Assembly: GCF_006345805.1 (NCBI RefSeq)
Contig: NW_021826031.1
Location: 248,001-312,000 of the forward strand
Length of the DNA stretch: 64,000 bases
Direction: 5' to 3'
DNA from: Octopus sinensis
Taxonomy: Eukaryota
Shown here: piece by piece, positions 39,114 through 52,173 of the stretch
How the letters are laid out: each line of letters opens with the position of its first letter
How positions within the stretch are numbered: position 1 is the stretch's first letter
Made by a program: the position numbers and the translations under genes
The notes under the pieces: generated by a model
What the model was told of the DNA's origin: nothing
The model's input: only the letters and a program-made list of their open reading frames with translations
Databases searched by the model: none

Positions 39114-39799
39114 TTTTGTTAAAATTGAGTTTTAAACTTTTTTCTTTGATTGCATTTTAATTTTTCATTATTTGGTAGAGTTTAGTTTTATTTTTTCGAC
39201 TTAGCATATTTGAATAACCTAAAGATTCAAGAATTCGATATCGTGTAATGGATCTGTATTATTGAGTCTTCTTGGAATTAATTTTTAAATTGATTGTGAA
39301 GACTTTATGACTAATGCGTTTAATACTGTTGCCCCAAAATTTAATATTCGTCTAAATTTTATTTTTGTGCTTTAAAAGTAATTAATTTTGCCAAAAATGT
39401 AACGAAGTATATCTTTAAACGTTACAGCTTATTAATGAATTTATTTAGAGAACTAAAATTAAAGAAATAACAATGGGTTTATCAATTTATAACAATAAAA
39501 CTGTCGGAAATGTTTTTGTTTTACTCTAAGATTTATTGTACCTCACTCTGTGACAATAAAGTGTGAATTTGTGCTATTTATTCCAGTTCTTTTCGAGTTA
39601 GATTTTTTGTTAAACTAGACAGTGGCTTCATTTAAATTAAAATAAGTTAGTTAAACATATTTGTCATACGGGAACTGAATGTTTTATGCATATTGTGTGA
39701 AGTATTCTATGACAATGACCAATCATAAACTCATCGGGGTCTTTTTCTAACAAATAAACAAAGCCCTGATACATTTTGAGTTTTATATCTTGATTTTAT

Positions 39800-40480
39800 T
39801 TTTTAATTCGATCTTAATGTTAGGAAATACAACTAACCAGTAATCTGTTATTAGACATATTTTTACTTTTCCCTTTATTTCGTATGAGAATTCAAATCTG
39901 TGTGACTTCGATAAAGGCCAAATCTTGGATCCAAGATTCACTTTTCATCTCATTTGTGTTTTGACCTTTCATTTCCATTCAGATTTTAATCGCTCTTTCA
40001 AATGCAGACATTTCTTTTATATGTTCGGCAACTGTATTTCTGATCAAAGAAATTTCTTTAAACAAATGCGCATAATCAGGACTGTTTTCACAAGACATTT
40101 TTGATGAAATCGCCATCACAATATGATTTCCCATTCATTTCAAGCATTCTGCTGATTTCATAATTTGCAGTAGCTTATGCAGTACTTCGATTGTGATTTT
40201 TTGTGAAATGAGCCTTGACGAAGTCAGATTATTTCGTAATTCATTAAGCTTTAAAACAGGCATTGAACCTTTTAGTTAATAAACAACTTAGTACCTTCGA
40301 AATAATCGTATGATCTATGATTGGAATTGTAATTCCGTTTTAGGTTGTATTCTTTCGGTATAGCGACTACATATCAAACAATGTATTTTTGCATCTATCG
40401 TTGCACAAAAATCGTCGGAATATAACAAATTCGTGAATAACTTCATATTAGGACCCCATATTGTCTCTTAGCTTTTTAAG
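39800..40480 (-). mobile_element. Decayed GTF2IRD2/SPIN-like hAT transposase
   Basis: Cross-frame CLICS...KEYNLKRNY, GKSYCDGDFIK, ISL.RNTVA. Confidence 0.55.
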
Positions 40481-40629
40481 CTGCTAAAAGCAATTTTTTT
40501 ATTTAGTTAGTCACCAAATAAAACATGAGGTGCTCAAGACAGTAGGATGTATATCTACAGACTTATATTGTTCTTAACAAGATTTCGGAGAGTATCTCGG
40601 TTGATGCTCGCCAATCCTGAAATATAGTC

Positions 40630-42184
40630 ATGAAAAAACTGTCGAAGGTCTATAGAGCCAGTCCTTTTCTAAAATTTAGTGTGGAGAACCACCCTTTGTT
40701 TACTTCGAAAGCTGAGGACTTGGTTAGGCAATTAATTAGTTTCTTTTTATTAATAAAAATTGATATAGTCAGTGACATTGACTTTATAAGCGTTTTCTTA
40801 GTAGTTTATTATTATTAAATTAAATTTTGTATAATAGTTTTTGTTATTTAAAAACAAATAGTATAATTAATGGTTCTTTGTGATGTGTTGTACATTTTCA
40901 GGATTTTGTCAACGTTTACAAAATTTATAAAACCCTTCTGGAATGTGCCGAGTCCTTCCTAGCAGAGCACGATCAATGTAGATTGGAGGACCTCATGCCA
41001 CCCGAAACAGCAGGTCAAATTCCCCATCTGGAGGAGAGTTGTGAGTAAGCAGAAGTTAGGCATTTATAGTCCAAAATTGCTTGATTTGGACCAACCAAAA
41101 GGACGAACAGAACCTCACATCAACCTCCATACAAACTTAGAAAATTTAAAGTATTTATTTATATTTAAAAATGAAATATTTATTAAAATAAATATAATTA
41201 GACTTAAAATGGAGGACTCCAAAAAACGTCTTCTCGACAACAACTACATTCAAAAACGAAGAAAATATCAAAGCTATTCTTCCCGCCATTTATATCCAGG
41301 AATAGTATTTCCCGCCATTTTACCAGTAGACAAGCAAAGACAAAACCATGTCTCCATTCTCCAACACCCTGGCTTTGACCGTCCAGGTCTTCCGTCCCAA
41401 CAACCCCTCGGTTGGTCCCCTCTTGTGAGTGCAGAATTCCCCAATCCCCGAGCAAGAGTACGTCGTGTTGGGCCACCAATACCTCAGCAACCTTCGGGAT
41501 GCAATTCGGTGTCCCCGGGACTTGGAAATTGCTGGAGATTTAAGTTCCCGCGTAGAATTAGAGGTTAACCACAACAGAGCATCGGTTTATGAATTTGTGA
41601 GTATTTGTAGGATTTGTATACGTCTGGTCTTTTCTATATTGGGGATTCCTTCTACGATGACTGTAGGAGTCCCTTCTCTTTGAAATATAGCTCGTAATTG
41701 GCTTGTATTCTGACTTACAGGCCAATAAAGGAATGGGCGCGAAATTTTACAGGAAATTGTAAATGGCGGGAAAAACTGTCTAAATCGGGAGTATATAAGA
41801 TGGAGGGGACTCAATTTAGTGATTTGACTCTGCAGTTGGGATATCCCTACGTTTATATGCATCAGGGGAACTGTCAGCATGTTGTTGTGTTCTCGGATGT
41901 GAGGTTGGCTTTTTGGGTGATTTGTTAGGCTACTCACGTGCAATGATGAGTTGGATTTTGGGAAGTACCCTCTGAGAATAGGCAAGTCAAAGCGGCTGAA
42001 GATGGCATGTCAGTGTTGTAAGATGTTTGTGGCGAGATGGATCACTACTCAGAACAACCTGTGTCCTCATGACCCATGCTATTTGTGTCAGTCGTGCTAT
42101 TCCTTGCTCTGTTTTGACGAAAGTGGCAATAAAATCGGGAATTTTGTGACTCATTATTATGCGGAGTCTGACTTTGTTCTTTGA
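40630..42184 (+). CDS. SNAPC3: snRNA-activating protein complex subunit 3 (SNAP50)
   Basis: QEYVVLGHQYLSNLRDAIRCPRD, TQFSDLTLQLGYPYVYMHQGNCQHVVVFSDVRL, CQCC...ARWIT...PHDPCYLCQSCY (zf-SNAP50). 5' exons inferred. Confidence 0.88.
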
Positions 42185-43189
42185 TTTTTTATTATTTTTT
42201 GAGGAAAATGTTTTTATTTTAATTGATCCAACTACGTCTACTAAGATTTAAAGCCAGCTTGTTTATGGAGGGTCGTGTAACTATGAATTAAGCATACTTT
42301 TAGTCTTTTGTTATATGGAAAGAAGTTGATTTACTAGGAAATCTGATCTTTCCTGTTTTAGAAGATGCATTAATTCTTTAAAAATTTCTGTAAGAATGGA
42401 TTAGTATCTCTATATTAGGTTATGTAAAGAAAGAATCCGAAATGTTTGAGATCAAACACAATTATTTAAGTACCATAGGTAAAACCGAGCAATAGAATTT
42501 GGCGAGCAATAAAATTTTTAAAATGAAAAAATTATTAAATTGTAGTTCTTTTAAGAAATTTCGAACCATTGCTTACCTACGGGTTCGCTGAGATGGATGG
42601 CATTATCACTAGGCTCAAAAAGACGAGACGATATGCCATCAAATTGGCAAATGGACTCCAGCTGGACCAACCCATTCCTCAAGAGATGGAAGACACGACG
42701 TAAACGATTGGAAGTGTTCTTGAGAGAGCCTTTTCTCCTCCAATCTTGAATTAAATATAAAAAAAGAGGGAAACAACGGAGAAGAGGCATACGTTGTCTT
42801 ATTAACTTTTTCTCTCTTTTTTCGGCTTTTCCGTTATAATAAAAAAATTCATTCATTCATTTAGTAAATTTATATGTTCGAATAAATTCATTTTGATAAA
42901 AAAGGATTCCAATTTTTAAAGTATTTTGAATGTTTTTTTCCGAATTCACAAGAGAATCTGTTCGTTTAAGTTCTTTATTCTCACCATCAATGGTTAAAGA
43001 ATTAAAATTCCTATTAAAGTAGTCGCGTCTCATCTTATTCCGCCAATTTTTGATTCATGAATTCATTTTGATCGACTAAAAATATTTAAAAATTAAATTC
43101 TTGAAAAATATGTCACAAGACAATTAAAAGTATTGAAATTCCAAAATTCAGATTAATAAACTTAATTAAAATTGGTTATTTTAATTTTG

Positions 43190-43450
43190 GCCACATTCTG
43201 CGGATAGACGTCGCCACTCCTGCTAACATTGCTATGTAAACATATTTCATGCAATGCGGAGACGCATTCCAAGGAAGACCAAGGACAACACTTCCATCGG
43301 TGCTAAATCAGGATCTCAAAATTATTGGGAGGAAACTCGAAACTGCTGATGATCTCGACAACCTGAGAGAATTGGCAAAGAGGAGAGGCATCTGGAGAAG
43401 TTTGTGTGACAGTATTGTTGTTCACGCAGCACAAGGGAAGCTTAATTAGT
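43190..43450 (+). mobile_element. RTE-like LINE 3' fragment
   Basis: HILRID..TPANIAM..YF...FQGRPRTTLPSVLNQDL...DDLDNLRELAKRRGIW. Confidence 0.6.
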
Positions 43451-43679
43451 TTTATGACTTCTCGGGAGCTCTTTTAATAATAATATTTTAATTTTCATAT
43501 GGCAAAAATAACCATCTTTTTTAATCTTGATGTTTTTATTTTATGAAATTCAAATATTTGTGCAAAAAATACATTTGTATACAAATTGACAAGTTTTTGA
43601 TTATTTAATAAATATCCGTAAATTAAATTTGAAAAGCGATGCTTATAATTCTCAGTTATTCTGAAACAAGTTAAGGTCG

Positions 43680-44030
43680 ATGCTAATTTATTTATTTATT
43701 TTTTTAGAGTGATTAGTTTATTACGAAAAAAGAATTCGGTCAAGTGTTGAAAGCTTCATGGACGGGAAGCCGACGCGATCGAGAAAGATTTAGAACGTAC
43801 TATCGCAAGGGATATCCGCTCGAAAAACCATCTTGATTCGCGGGCGTCGCCTGTGATAGCAGACATGCGGGACCCGATCTCCTGAACGAAGCTGATTGCC
43901 TTACTGCCCAAGGAACCGGAAGTCTCAACCGCGAATGGGAGGAATTGGAACTTTTCCATAAGTGAGGAGTACTTCCGCATCTTTTTGCATTTCGCGGTTC
44001 TGACAATAGATCCAGGGGCGGATGCGGACA
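43680..44030 (-). mobile_element. CRE-like RLE LINE 3' fragment with (TAAA)n tail
   Basis: KMRKY....FQFLPFAVETSGSLG...FFERISLAIVRS endonuclease tail; absent at the matching site in copy 2. Confidence 0.75.
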
Positions 44031-44110
44031 TTAGGAAACTAATAAAAAGAATCAAATAAGAACACACATTAAAAATCATAATATTCTAATTTAGCAGTTC
44101 ATTAAATAAA

Positions 44111-44397
44111 TCAAATTTTCTTAACTTCCAACGGCTTCTCTACAAATAACCCCAACCCAAAACCACTTCCTTGTTTTCTGTGAGCGTGTTTAAACGCACT
44201 CCCCGACTTGAGTGCCTCGAACAAACTCTCCATGATCCCCTCATTCGCCCCATACTTACTCAAAGTCGCCTTCCGCTTGTTAAGCGAGTTCTTCCTACGA
44301 TTCTCATTCTCCTTACGATTATTGATCTCGTCCACCGTGTCTTTAAAAATGCCACAAAATGAAAACCTTGAACTGCTTACTGAATTTGGCAATCGAC
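44111..44397 (-). pseudogene. DIAPH: Duplicated diaphanous C-terminus (DAD)
   Basis: SIAKFSKQFK|intron|DTVDEI...EGIMESLFEALKSGSAF; near-identical to 60080-60366. Confidence 0.88.
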
Positions 44398-45075
44398 AAC
44401 CTCGTTGTCCACTCCCCCGGCCTTCCACAAGGTTGATATCCACCTCTGTCGACACTGTCCAGGAGTCTTCATCCCCACACGAATGGCCACGTCCCCCCAG
44501 CGATATCTGGTCAGTCCATTCGTCCTCATGGCTGCCAACAATCTCTGGGAGTGACCAGGACAGACAACCTCGTCCTCCTCCACTCCCCACGTTTCTGGAC
44601 ATGTTTCTCGTTGTACCGTTTCTGGCACTCCACTCTGCTTCAATTGGACATGTACAGACTCAGTCACGTAGAATAACATTCTAACCTTCCTTGAAGGACA
44701 CTCGGTCACCCAAACACAGACTGTCCACTACTTCCAGCAAAATGTCATCCTCGGCTGACCCCCACGTCCTGCATACTCCACACAAACCACCTGTTTTGAT
44801 GCGATAACCGAATCTTCTGGTACCTCTGCAGACAAAAGAAGGTTTGATCTTCAGTCAGTGGGGTTTCATATTTTCCAAAATAAGATTGCATGAGGTCATA
44901 ATTCAGAGGGGGCTCATATGCATTCGAGTAAGTAGGTGTATATTCCTCAATAGATTGCCAAGGGATATCTTTTGACCAAATATCTTCATAAAAGGTGTAT
45001 GTATTGCCTGCCGCAAGTTGTAAACGATATTTTAACATCTCGCTCAAGACAAACAGAGAACATGTTACCAAAGAA
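44398..45075 (-). pseudogene. SNAPC4: SNAPC4/SNAP190-like Myb-repeat fragment
   Basis: IPWQSIE...CLQRY...TWGSAEDDILL...YMSN*SRVECQKRY...RGEW..EDE|RLLAAM...RWGDVA.RVGMKTPGQCRQRW: several Myb repeats with 22-27 nt introns, one TGA and frameshifts. SNAPC4 versus another multi-Myb protein is inferred. Confidence 0.55.
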
Positions 45076-45595
45076 CTAACTAATCCAAATGAAGTCCTTT
45101 AACTTTTTTTCTTTTGTAGTGTGGCCGATGAGTCAATTTTTAATTTGGAATCGAAATCTTCATTTCCTAAAATAGAAAAAGTTTGTCTGTTTTATGTCCA
45201 CCAGTCATAAGAATATCAACCAGCAATTTTCCGAATTAGCAATCTTCATGGCTGTCAAACATTGTAAAATTTGTACTATTTACAACAAAGGAGTCGAGAA
45301 TTATTACATCAAAGAAAATCAGATATTTCCTTTGATAGAACTTTTTGTCAGTTATAAAAGTTGATACCCGAAAAAATAAAAGATCGTGAGTTTATGGAAG
45401 AGGCTAAATTCTTTAAGACTGAATAATAAAAAAATTCATAAAAATGCTTGGCTTCAGTTTAAACAAAAATAAATCAAAATTGGTGATGGAGTCTATGAAG
45501 CAAGGACACGTTGGGGACGTAATTCGCAAAAGATAAAGAAAAACTATCAAAGTCAACATGTTAGCAAATACAAGTTGATTTCTTTAGTCTAAATC

Positions 45596-45920
45596 AGTGA
45601 TTCTCAAGTGCGGCCCCTAGGATTTAATTGAGGGGTTTATGTTTCTATAAATATTTTATTTTTTGTCACGTTTTTTTATTTGTTGTTTTGATGTCGAATT
45701 CTAAACGTTTTCGAAAATTTTCCAAGGAAAATAGGATTTTTAAACTCATCTGGGAAGAAAAATATTTCATTATTCATTTCCAAGTAGTATTTATTCTCCG
45801 CAGAACGCAAACACGTATTTATATTGTTCGTGGAGACGTAAATTACGGCAATTTTTGCGAATTTACGTCTTTTTTATTAAAACGGCGTCAATTCCGGTTT
45901 GTTTTGAAGGTAAATTCGTA
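45596..45920 (+). mobile_element. hAT 5' fragment
   Basis: TIR-like CAGTGATTTCTCAAGTGCGGCCC; KRFRKFSKENRIFKLIWEEKYF resembles GTF2IRD2-type N-termini. Confidence 0.5.
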
Positions 45921-45949
45921 ATCATTAAATATAAATAAATTTACACCTG

Positions 45950-46560
45950 CTCTCTGTGGTAATGCCTACTCTGTTGAGTGCCTGCAAAGACTCCTTTGTG
46001 TTTTATCAAATTTGTTGCAACTGTGATAGACAGGTGGAATGTGCATCTACACTACAACAAATGCGCTATAGGCGAGGTTAAATTAGAGAGGGGCATATTA
46101 CAGGGCGACAGCATGTCTCCGCTGCTGTTTGTTCTCTGCCTAGAACCGCTGAGTAGATTTCTCACTGGTCGATTCAAACAAATGTCGATCGAACATGAAG
46201 GAGGATGTTTTAGCACCAACCACCTCATGTTCATAGACGACATTAAATTGTTCGCTCGGTCTTGAGAGATCCTCCACTCAATGGGCAAAGTCTTGGAAGG
46301 TTTCATGAAGGCCGTGGGGCTGGAACTCAACTACAACAAGTCGGCGACTAACAACCCTGTGTGCGGTGACCTAGTCAAAGTCTCGGAGGAACCCCAACGG
46401 TATAAGTATCTTGGTGTGGTTGAGAGCCGAGCGAAATTGAACGAGTACGCCATCCCATTGCGAGTACGCGATCTACTAGGTTGTTCTGATCGAATTCGAA
46501 CCGAGAGATGAAATGGACCTTATTTTCCGAGAGTACTCCGAGAGAATCACAAAAATTGCT
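45950..46560 (+). mobile_element. R4/NeSL-like RT fragment
   Basis: RGILQGDSMSPLLFVLCLEPLS, NHLMFIDDIKLFA, GLELNYNKSA, YKYLGV. Confidence 0.85.
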
Positions 46561-48651
46561 GCAGTCCTGAGATGCCACAAATCCAACAAACCACAGTCAT
46601 TCACCACCGACCAGAGGGTGGCAAAGTCCTTGTAAAAATCCTTGATTTCTGGAAGGAAGTGTGGATTGTGGCTGTTATGTAATTTATTAACTTGTCCTTT
46701 CCGTTGTTGCTGGGGATGTTGCAGATCTGCTTTTAACTAACAGTTTTACTTTCTCGACAGAACTTATTCTGAATCCGACGGCAGGGGCCCTCCCTCCGTC
46801 CGTAGTTCATGTAATTCCCAATGGCCAGGATTACCTAGGTCAAAAACTTGGCCTTACTTCAATGACTTGGTCAATTTTTTGGAGTTCATTACGCTGTCAA
46901 TGGCTGACTTTAATAAAAAACTGGTCTTCTTTAGGAAGGTCGGCTGCCGACTCCTTACCACTGATGTACTTCTTAAAAGTTTCGATCTTTCAAAAATAGT
47001 CAATATATTCACCTCCTCCTTGATGGGAGTGATTTGGCGGAGAATTTCAAGGCTCTCCATCTCCTGTAGATGTTTCTCATACCTAATTGTTTCATTTCTC
47101 GACAACCTGTCCAAGGATTAAGTCAGGCATTCTCAACCTTTTTTGTTCATCACCCCCTTAGATATTTTATCGCCCCCTTCTCCACATACAATTTAAAAAT
47201 TTTTGGGCATTGTCCCTTAATTGGTTGTTTTTTGTACATAACTCAAAAATCAAAATATAAAATAATAAATCAAATGTAAAAAATTGAATTTTTATTAAAA
47301 ATTATTAGTGAGACCCTTGATATTGATGTTTACTCGCTAAATATTCTATGTCGGGTTTAATTCTGCTCAACTTTAGGCGTATATCGCCTCTATAACACAC
47401 TTCCAGTCTATTTCTTTCACATTGTGTATTATGATTGACAAAACTAAATCCACTTTCAACTAAATAAGTGGTAGGGAATGTCAATAGTACATTACTCATT
47501 TCCTTCCATAAATTTGGAAATTTCATTTGTAGATCTTTTGATTGCCAAAATTTAGAGATACCATCCTGTTGAAATCTGTGAATATATTCTTCATTATATT
47601 TCAATTCAATTATCTCTTCTTGGATTGTTTCGTTCATATCTTCTGGCACACATGAAAACGGATCAATCATCCATGCTTCAAATTCAAAATCAAACGAATC
47701 TTTGAATCTAGAGATATATCCGCTTCTAGTTCCGTCAAATGTTGACAATATGTCATAATATTGCTTTGACTAAAATATTTACTTATCTCAGATAGTTGTG
47801 AAATGTTTCCAAACTGATTTATAAAAAAATTATGTCGATAAAGCAATAATTTTCTTGCAAATGTTTTCATTATTCTTTTGCAATCAATCATGTTGACAAA
47901 ATTTCCTTGAAGAATAGTAATTTCATATAAATTTTGTAAAAATGCAATTCAAATAGAATATATCATTTTTTCGTGAAATTATCTCTTCTGCCAAAACCAA
48001 GTCTTCTTCAGTCTGCAAAAATGCGACTATTGCATCATAAAAATTAACAAATCTTTCTAAAGCAATTCCTTTTGAAAGCCATCTTACTTCCGTGTGTAAT
48101 AAAAGTCGAATAAAATCTTCACCAGCATCCTTACAAAACTTTCTAAAAAGACGATCACATTTGCTTCGTGTTTTTATTCTGTTAATTGTTTTAATTAAAA
48201 TATTGATGTAAATCAGGACATATAGTCTGATGTAAATCAGGACATATAGTCTTCGATACCAGTTGATGGCGATGTAAAATACAATGAACCGTAATGACCC
48301 ATGGATAAAGATTGATGTAAATCAGGACATATAGTCTTCGATACCAGTTGATGGCGATGTAAAATACAATGAACCGTAATGACCCATGGATAATCTTTTT
48401 AATAAGAGAAACAAATCCCTTATATCTTCCAACCATTGACATAGCACCATCAGTCGCACAGGAAACCAAATTTTCAAATAATATTCCATTTGTTTCAAAA
48501 AACCCTTTTACTACGGAATATATTGACATTCCAGTTGTACAGGTTTCCAATAATTCGACAAACAATAAATCCTCATTTAATACACATTCATTATCGAAAT
48601 ACCTAAATTTTATTAAAACTTCGAAAATAACCTCACAAATCCCATTTTATT

Positions 48652-48945
48652 AAGCGGCAACGAACCGGCTAAAAATCAAAAAAATTCAAGAAAGATCTAT
48701 CAACCTACTGAAGAACCATACCGATAGGGAAATTGTCCATAGAACACTGGAGTCTCTCGTAGAGGCAAATGGGGGGGATCGTGGAAATGGACCACAAACA
48801 ATTCACCGTACATACAGAAAGTGTGTGGGGTCAAGGTCGGAACATCGTGAAAAGATGGCTCGACTGTTGAGAAATGTCGGAATCACCTGAACGTGTTAGT
48901 TAATGGTTAAGAAGGTGATTTTGTTTGGCTTAAATAATAATAATA
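48652..48945 (+). mobile_element. I/Jockey-like LINE 3' fragment inside the hAT transposase
   Basis: RKCVGSRSEHREKMARLLRNVGIT* plus (TAA)n; splits DSKAVL from MGFVR. Confidence 0.8.
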
Positions 48946-49964
48946 ATTAAAACAGCTTTACTATCTACAATGACGCTTTCATCAATTTGTAATGAAAACT
49001 TACTTTGCTTCAGTCTTTCAATAAGGATTTCCTTTACATTGTCACCCATTTCATCAATTCTTCGACGAATCGAATCATTGCTAAGAGGTAGACTTTTAAT
49101 AATTTTAGAAGCATCTTGATGCATTACATCCGATATTATTACTTCCAGTGATGGAATTATTACATTTTCTGCGATAGTATGAGAACTGGAAGTTTTCGCA
49201 ATAATTTCAGCAATTTTATAAGAAGCGATGTGCCCACCCACAACTACATATAAATAAATGTTAAATAAATAACCATCATGTAATGCCTACCGAAAAAGGA
49301 CTTCTAGATCTAAGACCCTGGGACATCGTCGTCTCAGGGCGATCATGCGGGCAGGATCGAACCTTTCAGTAGGATCTCCCTCGTTCAGATCGGCGATCAC
49401 AGGGATTATTATAGTTAACTGGCTTACCCGTCTTTGGTCTTTAATAAATAAATAAATTATATTATGTGACATGGGCGACTATGTCGCTATGGGCAGCCTG
49501 TCCTTATACGTGTTTCTATGGAAACCGTAGAAAACGTATTAAATATTGAATATAGCAATTTATATATGGAAGAGTGTAGATTAATCAATTATTCTAATTA
49601 AAAATTGCATTTGAATTATCTTTTAAAAATGGCTTACCCAAAAGTATATTAATTTTAACAGCGTGGTTTCTCACACTTTGTGATGTTTGGGTTTAAGGGT
49701 TACGTCAGAAATATTAACGAATACAATCAAATTAAGGAAGCGTTAATCGGGATATTCCCGGAGGATATGCATGCTCGAAGCAAACGCCGGTTTGCCAAAA
49801 AAGAAAAACAAGGAAGAAATCATCAACGGGGAGATAAAAACAAGGCACCGAAGTGTCTCTTTCCATGCGTATCCACAATTGTAGTCATAGTTGACGACAC
49901 TTCTCCAAGACCATCCGAACAAACTAAACGTTGGAAAACTACAATTTGACGAGACAGCTTAAGG

Positions 49965-51616
49965 CAGTGGTTCTCAACCTGGGGTCCGCGAAAGATTCCA
50001 GGGGGTCCGCGAGATTTTTCTGAAACTTTATTTAATGTTTCTATTTAATGATAACAATTTTAAATTAATATATAATAGAATTAAATCATAATTAATAATA
50101 ATCATAATTAATATATTATATTATTTATTTCAGGTGGTAGAACAAATAAAAACTTCATGCCATCAAAATTTCGCTATACAAGTTGATGAATCCACCGATG
50201 TAGCGAACTGTGCTCAATTAATAATATTTGCTCGTTATGTCTATGACGGAGATTTTAAAGAGGAATTTTTATTTTCCTATTCGCTTGAATCGACCACTAA
50301 AGGAGAAGATATTTTTCAAGCAATTTCTATGTTTTTTGACAGTGTTGGGTTATCTTGGAATAATGTATGTTGTTGCACAACCGATGGAGCTCCAGCAATG
50401 CTTGGCTTTCATTCTGGCTTTAGAGACCAAGTTAGACTTGCTAACCAGGAAACGAAACATATGCATTGTATGCTACATCGATATGCACTTGCTGCAAAAA
50501 CATTACCTTCAGATTTAAGATATGTTCTCGATGATGTCGTACATATCATAATTATATTAAAAAGAGTGCTTTAAATTCGCGCATTTTCAGACTTATTTGC
50601 GAAGAATTTGAAAAGGATGGAAAGGCTTTGTTATTCCACACTGAGGTGAGATGGCTATCTCGGGGAAACATTTTTGCCAGAGTTTTTTCTTTGAGGAATG
50701 AATTATCTGAATATTTTATTCGCGAAAACAATTCCAAATCATCGGAATTTATTTCGAAATTAATGGATAGTTCATGGCTATCTAAACTTGCTTACTTGAG
50801 AGATGTCTTCTCTCGTATAAATTCACTCAACAAATCGCTTCAGGGAAGACATGAAACAATAATTGATTTTGTGGATAAAATTAAGTTTGTTAACTGTTTC
50901 ATATTAATTATTAGTGCTTTTTTGATAAAGTTAACACTGTGGAAAGAAAAAGTAAAACTAAATAATTTTACTATGTTTGAATCTTTTGAAGAACAATCTG
51001 TAAATATAGATGCATTTGAAATCAAAAAAATAACCGAACTTATTTATGCACATTTAACATATCTAAAACAAGAAGTAAATAAATACTTTCCAGAATTGAA
51101 CGAAATTGATTTGAAATTCATTCGTACACCATTCAGTGTTGATCCACGTTTGGTCGATGAAAATATCGAAGAGGCTTTTATTGACATGATCAATAATTCA
51201 AACGCAAGAGATTTGTATGAAAAACTTGCTTTATCAAGATTTGAGTGCGAAATGTGTAAGCATTATCCTTCCGTAAGCGCAAATGCATTAAATTTGTTGC
51301 TTATATTCCCGACAACATATTTATGCGAACATGGCTTCTCAGCACTTCTCAATATAAAAAATAATCATCGCGCAAGACTGAATATTGAAGATGACATCAG
51401 GGTTTGCTTGTCGACAACCGAGCCTCTTATTGAAAAATTGCCTCGAAAAAACAATATCAACCTTCTCACTAATTTTCTCTATTGATTTAATAATAAATTT
51501 TGTTTTTAGATAAGTAAAATTTTTTTGACAAACAACTTAATAAATATGTAGGGGGTCCGCGAAATTTTTCATTTACTAACAAGGGGTCCGCGGACAAAAA
51601 AGGTTGAGAACCACTG
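49965..51616 (+). mobile_element. Buster-type hAT (5'-deleted transposase)
   Basis: Perfect 15-bp TIR CAGTGGTTCTCAACC; TSD GCTTAAGG (49957-49964, 51617-51624); FAIQVDESTD, TTDGAPAM, HCMLHR, LFHTEVRWLSRG, FPTTYLCEHGFS. Confidence 0.95.
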
Positions 51617-51789
51617 GCTTAAGGTTTGGAAATTAGATTTTGAATATATTTATGTTGTCATTTGCCAACGTTAGGGTCTGGGTTAAAGTTAAAGTTGTTA
51701 CAAACTTGCAAACAATTTGATGTAAATTATAATTTGCTAATGTTGCAATTTATATTATCAAAAATAAAAATAATTCACGTTATAATTTA

Positions 51790-51925
51790 CATGTGTTTTG
51801 GACGTCTCAAGACCCTGAGAACGCACAATCCTCTGGAGACGAGATGGCTCCTCCAGAACGTGTCCCAAGCAATAGTGAGGGGAAACTGGATCGCCATCAG
51901 TTCTTCTGCTTTACATACATTAGTT
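51790..51925 (+). mobile_element. CRE-like LINE tail fragment
   Basis: ETRWLLQNVSQAIVRGNWIAI. Confidence 0.55.
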
Positions 51926-52173
51926 TAACTTGATTAAATTTTCATTGGAATAAATTAACAATCATTAAAAAAAAATTTACTAGTGTTGTAAATAATTTTA
52001 CTATTTTAAAGCAAGCATTTTTCAAATATAAAACATCATTTTTTCAAAAATTTAAAGTTCAATCATTATTTCGGAACGCTTGCCTCTATATTAGTTGGCC
52101 TTTTAGTAAATATTTGCTAAGTAGTTGCCATAGAAACACGTAAAGGACAGGTTGCCTATATGGGTCTGATCAC

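Larger units (their letters stand above)
42076..44397 (+). repeat. Segmental duplication copy 1 (SNAPC3 3' end, spacer, DIAPH 3' end); partner 57635-60366
   Basis: Collinear from ATGCTATTTGTGTCAG to AATCGAC; each copy carries its own private insertions. Confidence 0.92.

Noticed and set aside
44111-44602. 163-aa ORF as a novel gene
   Set aside because: It is an off-frame read of the Myb fragment running through an unspliced DIAPH intron into the DAD exon.
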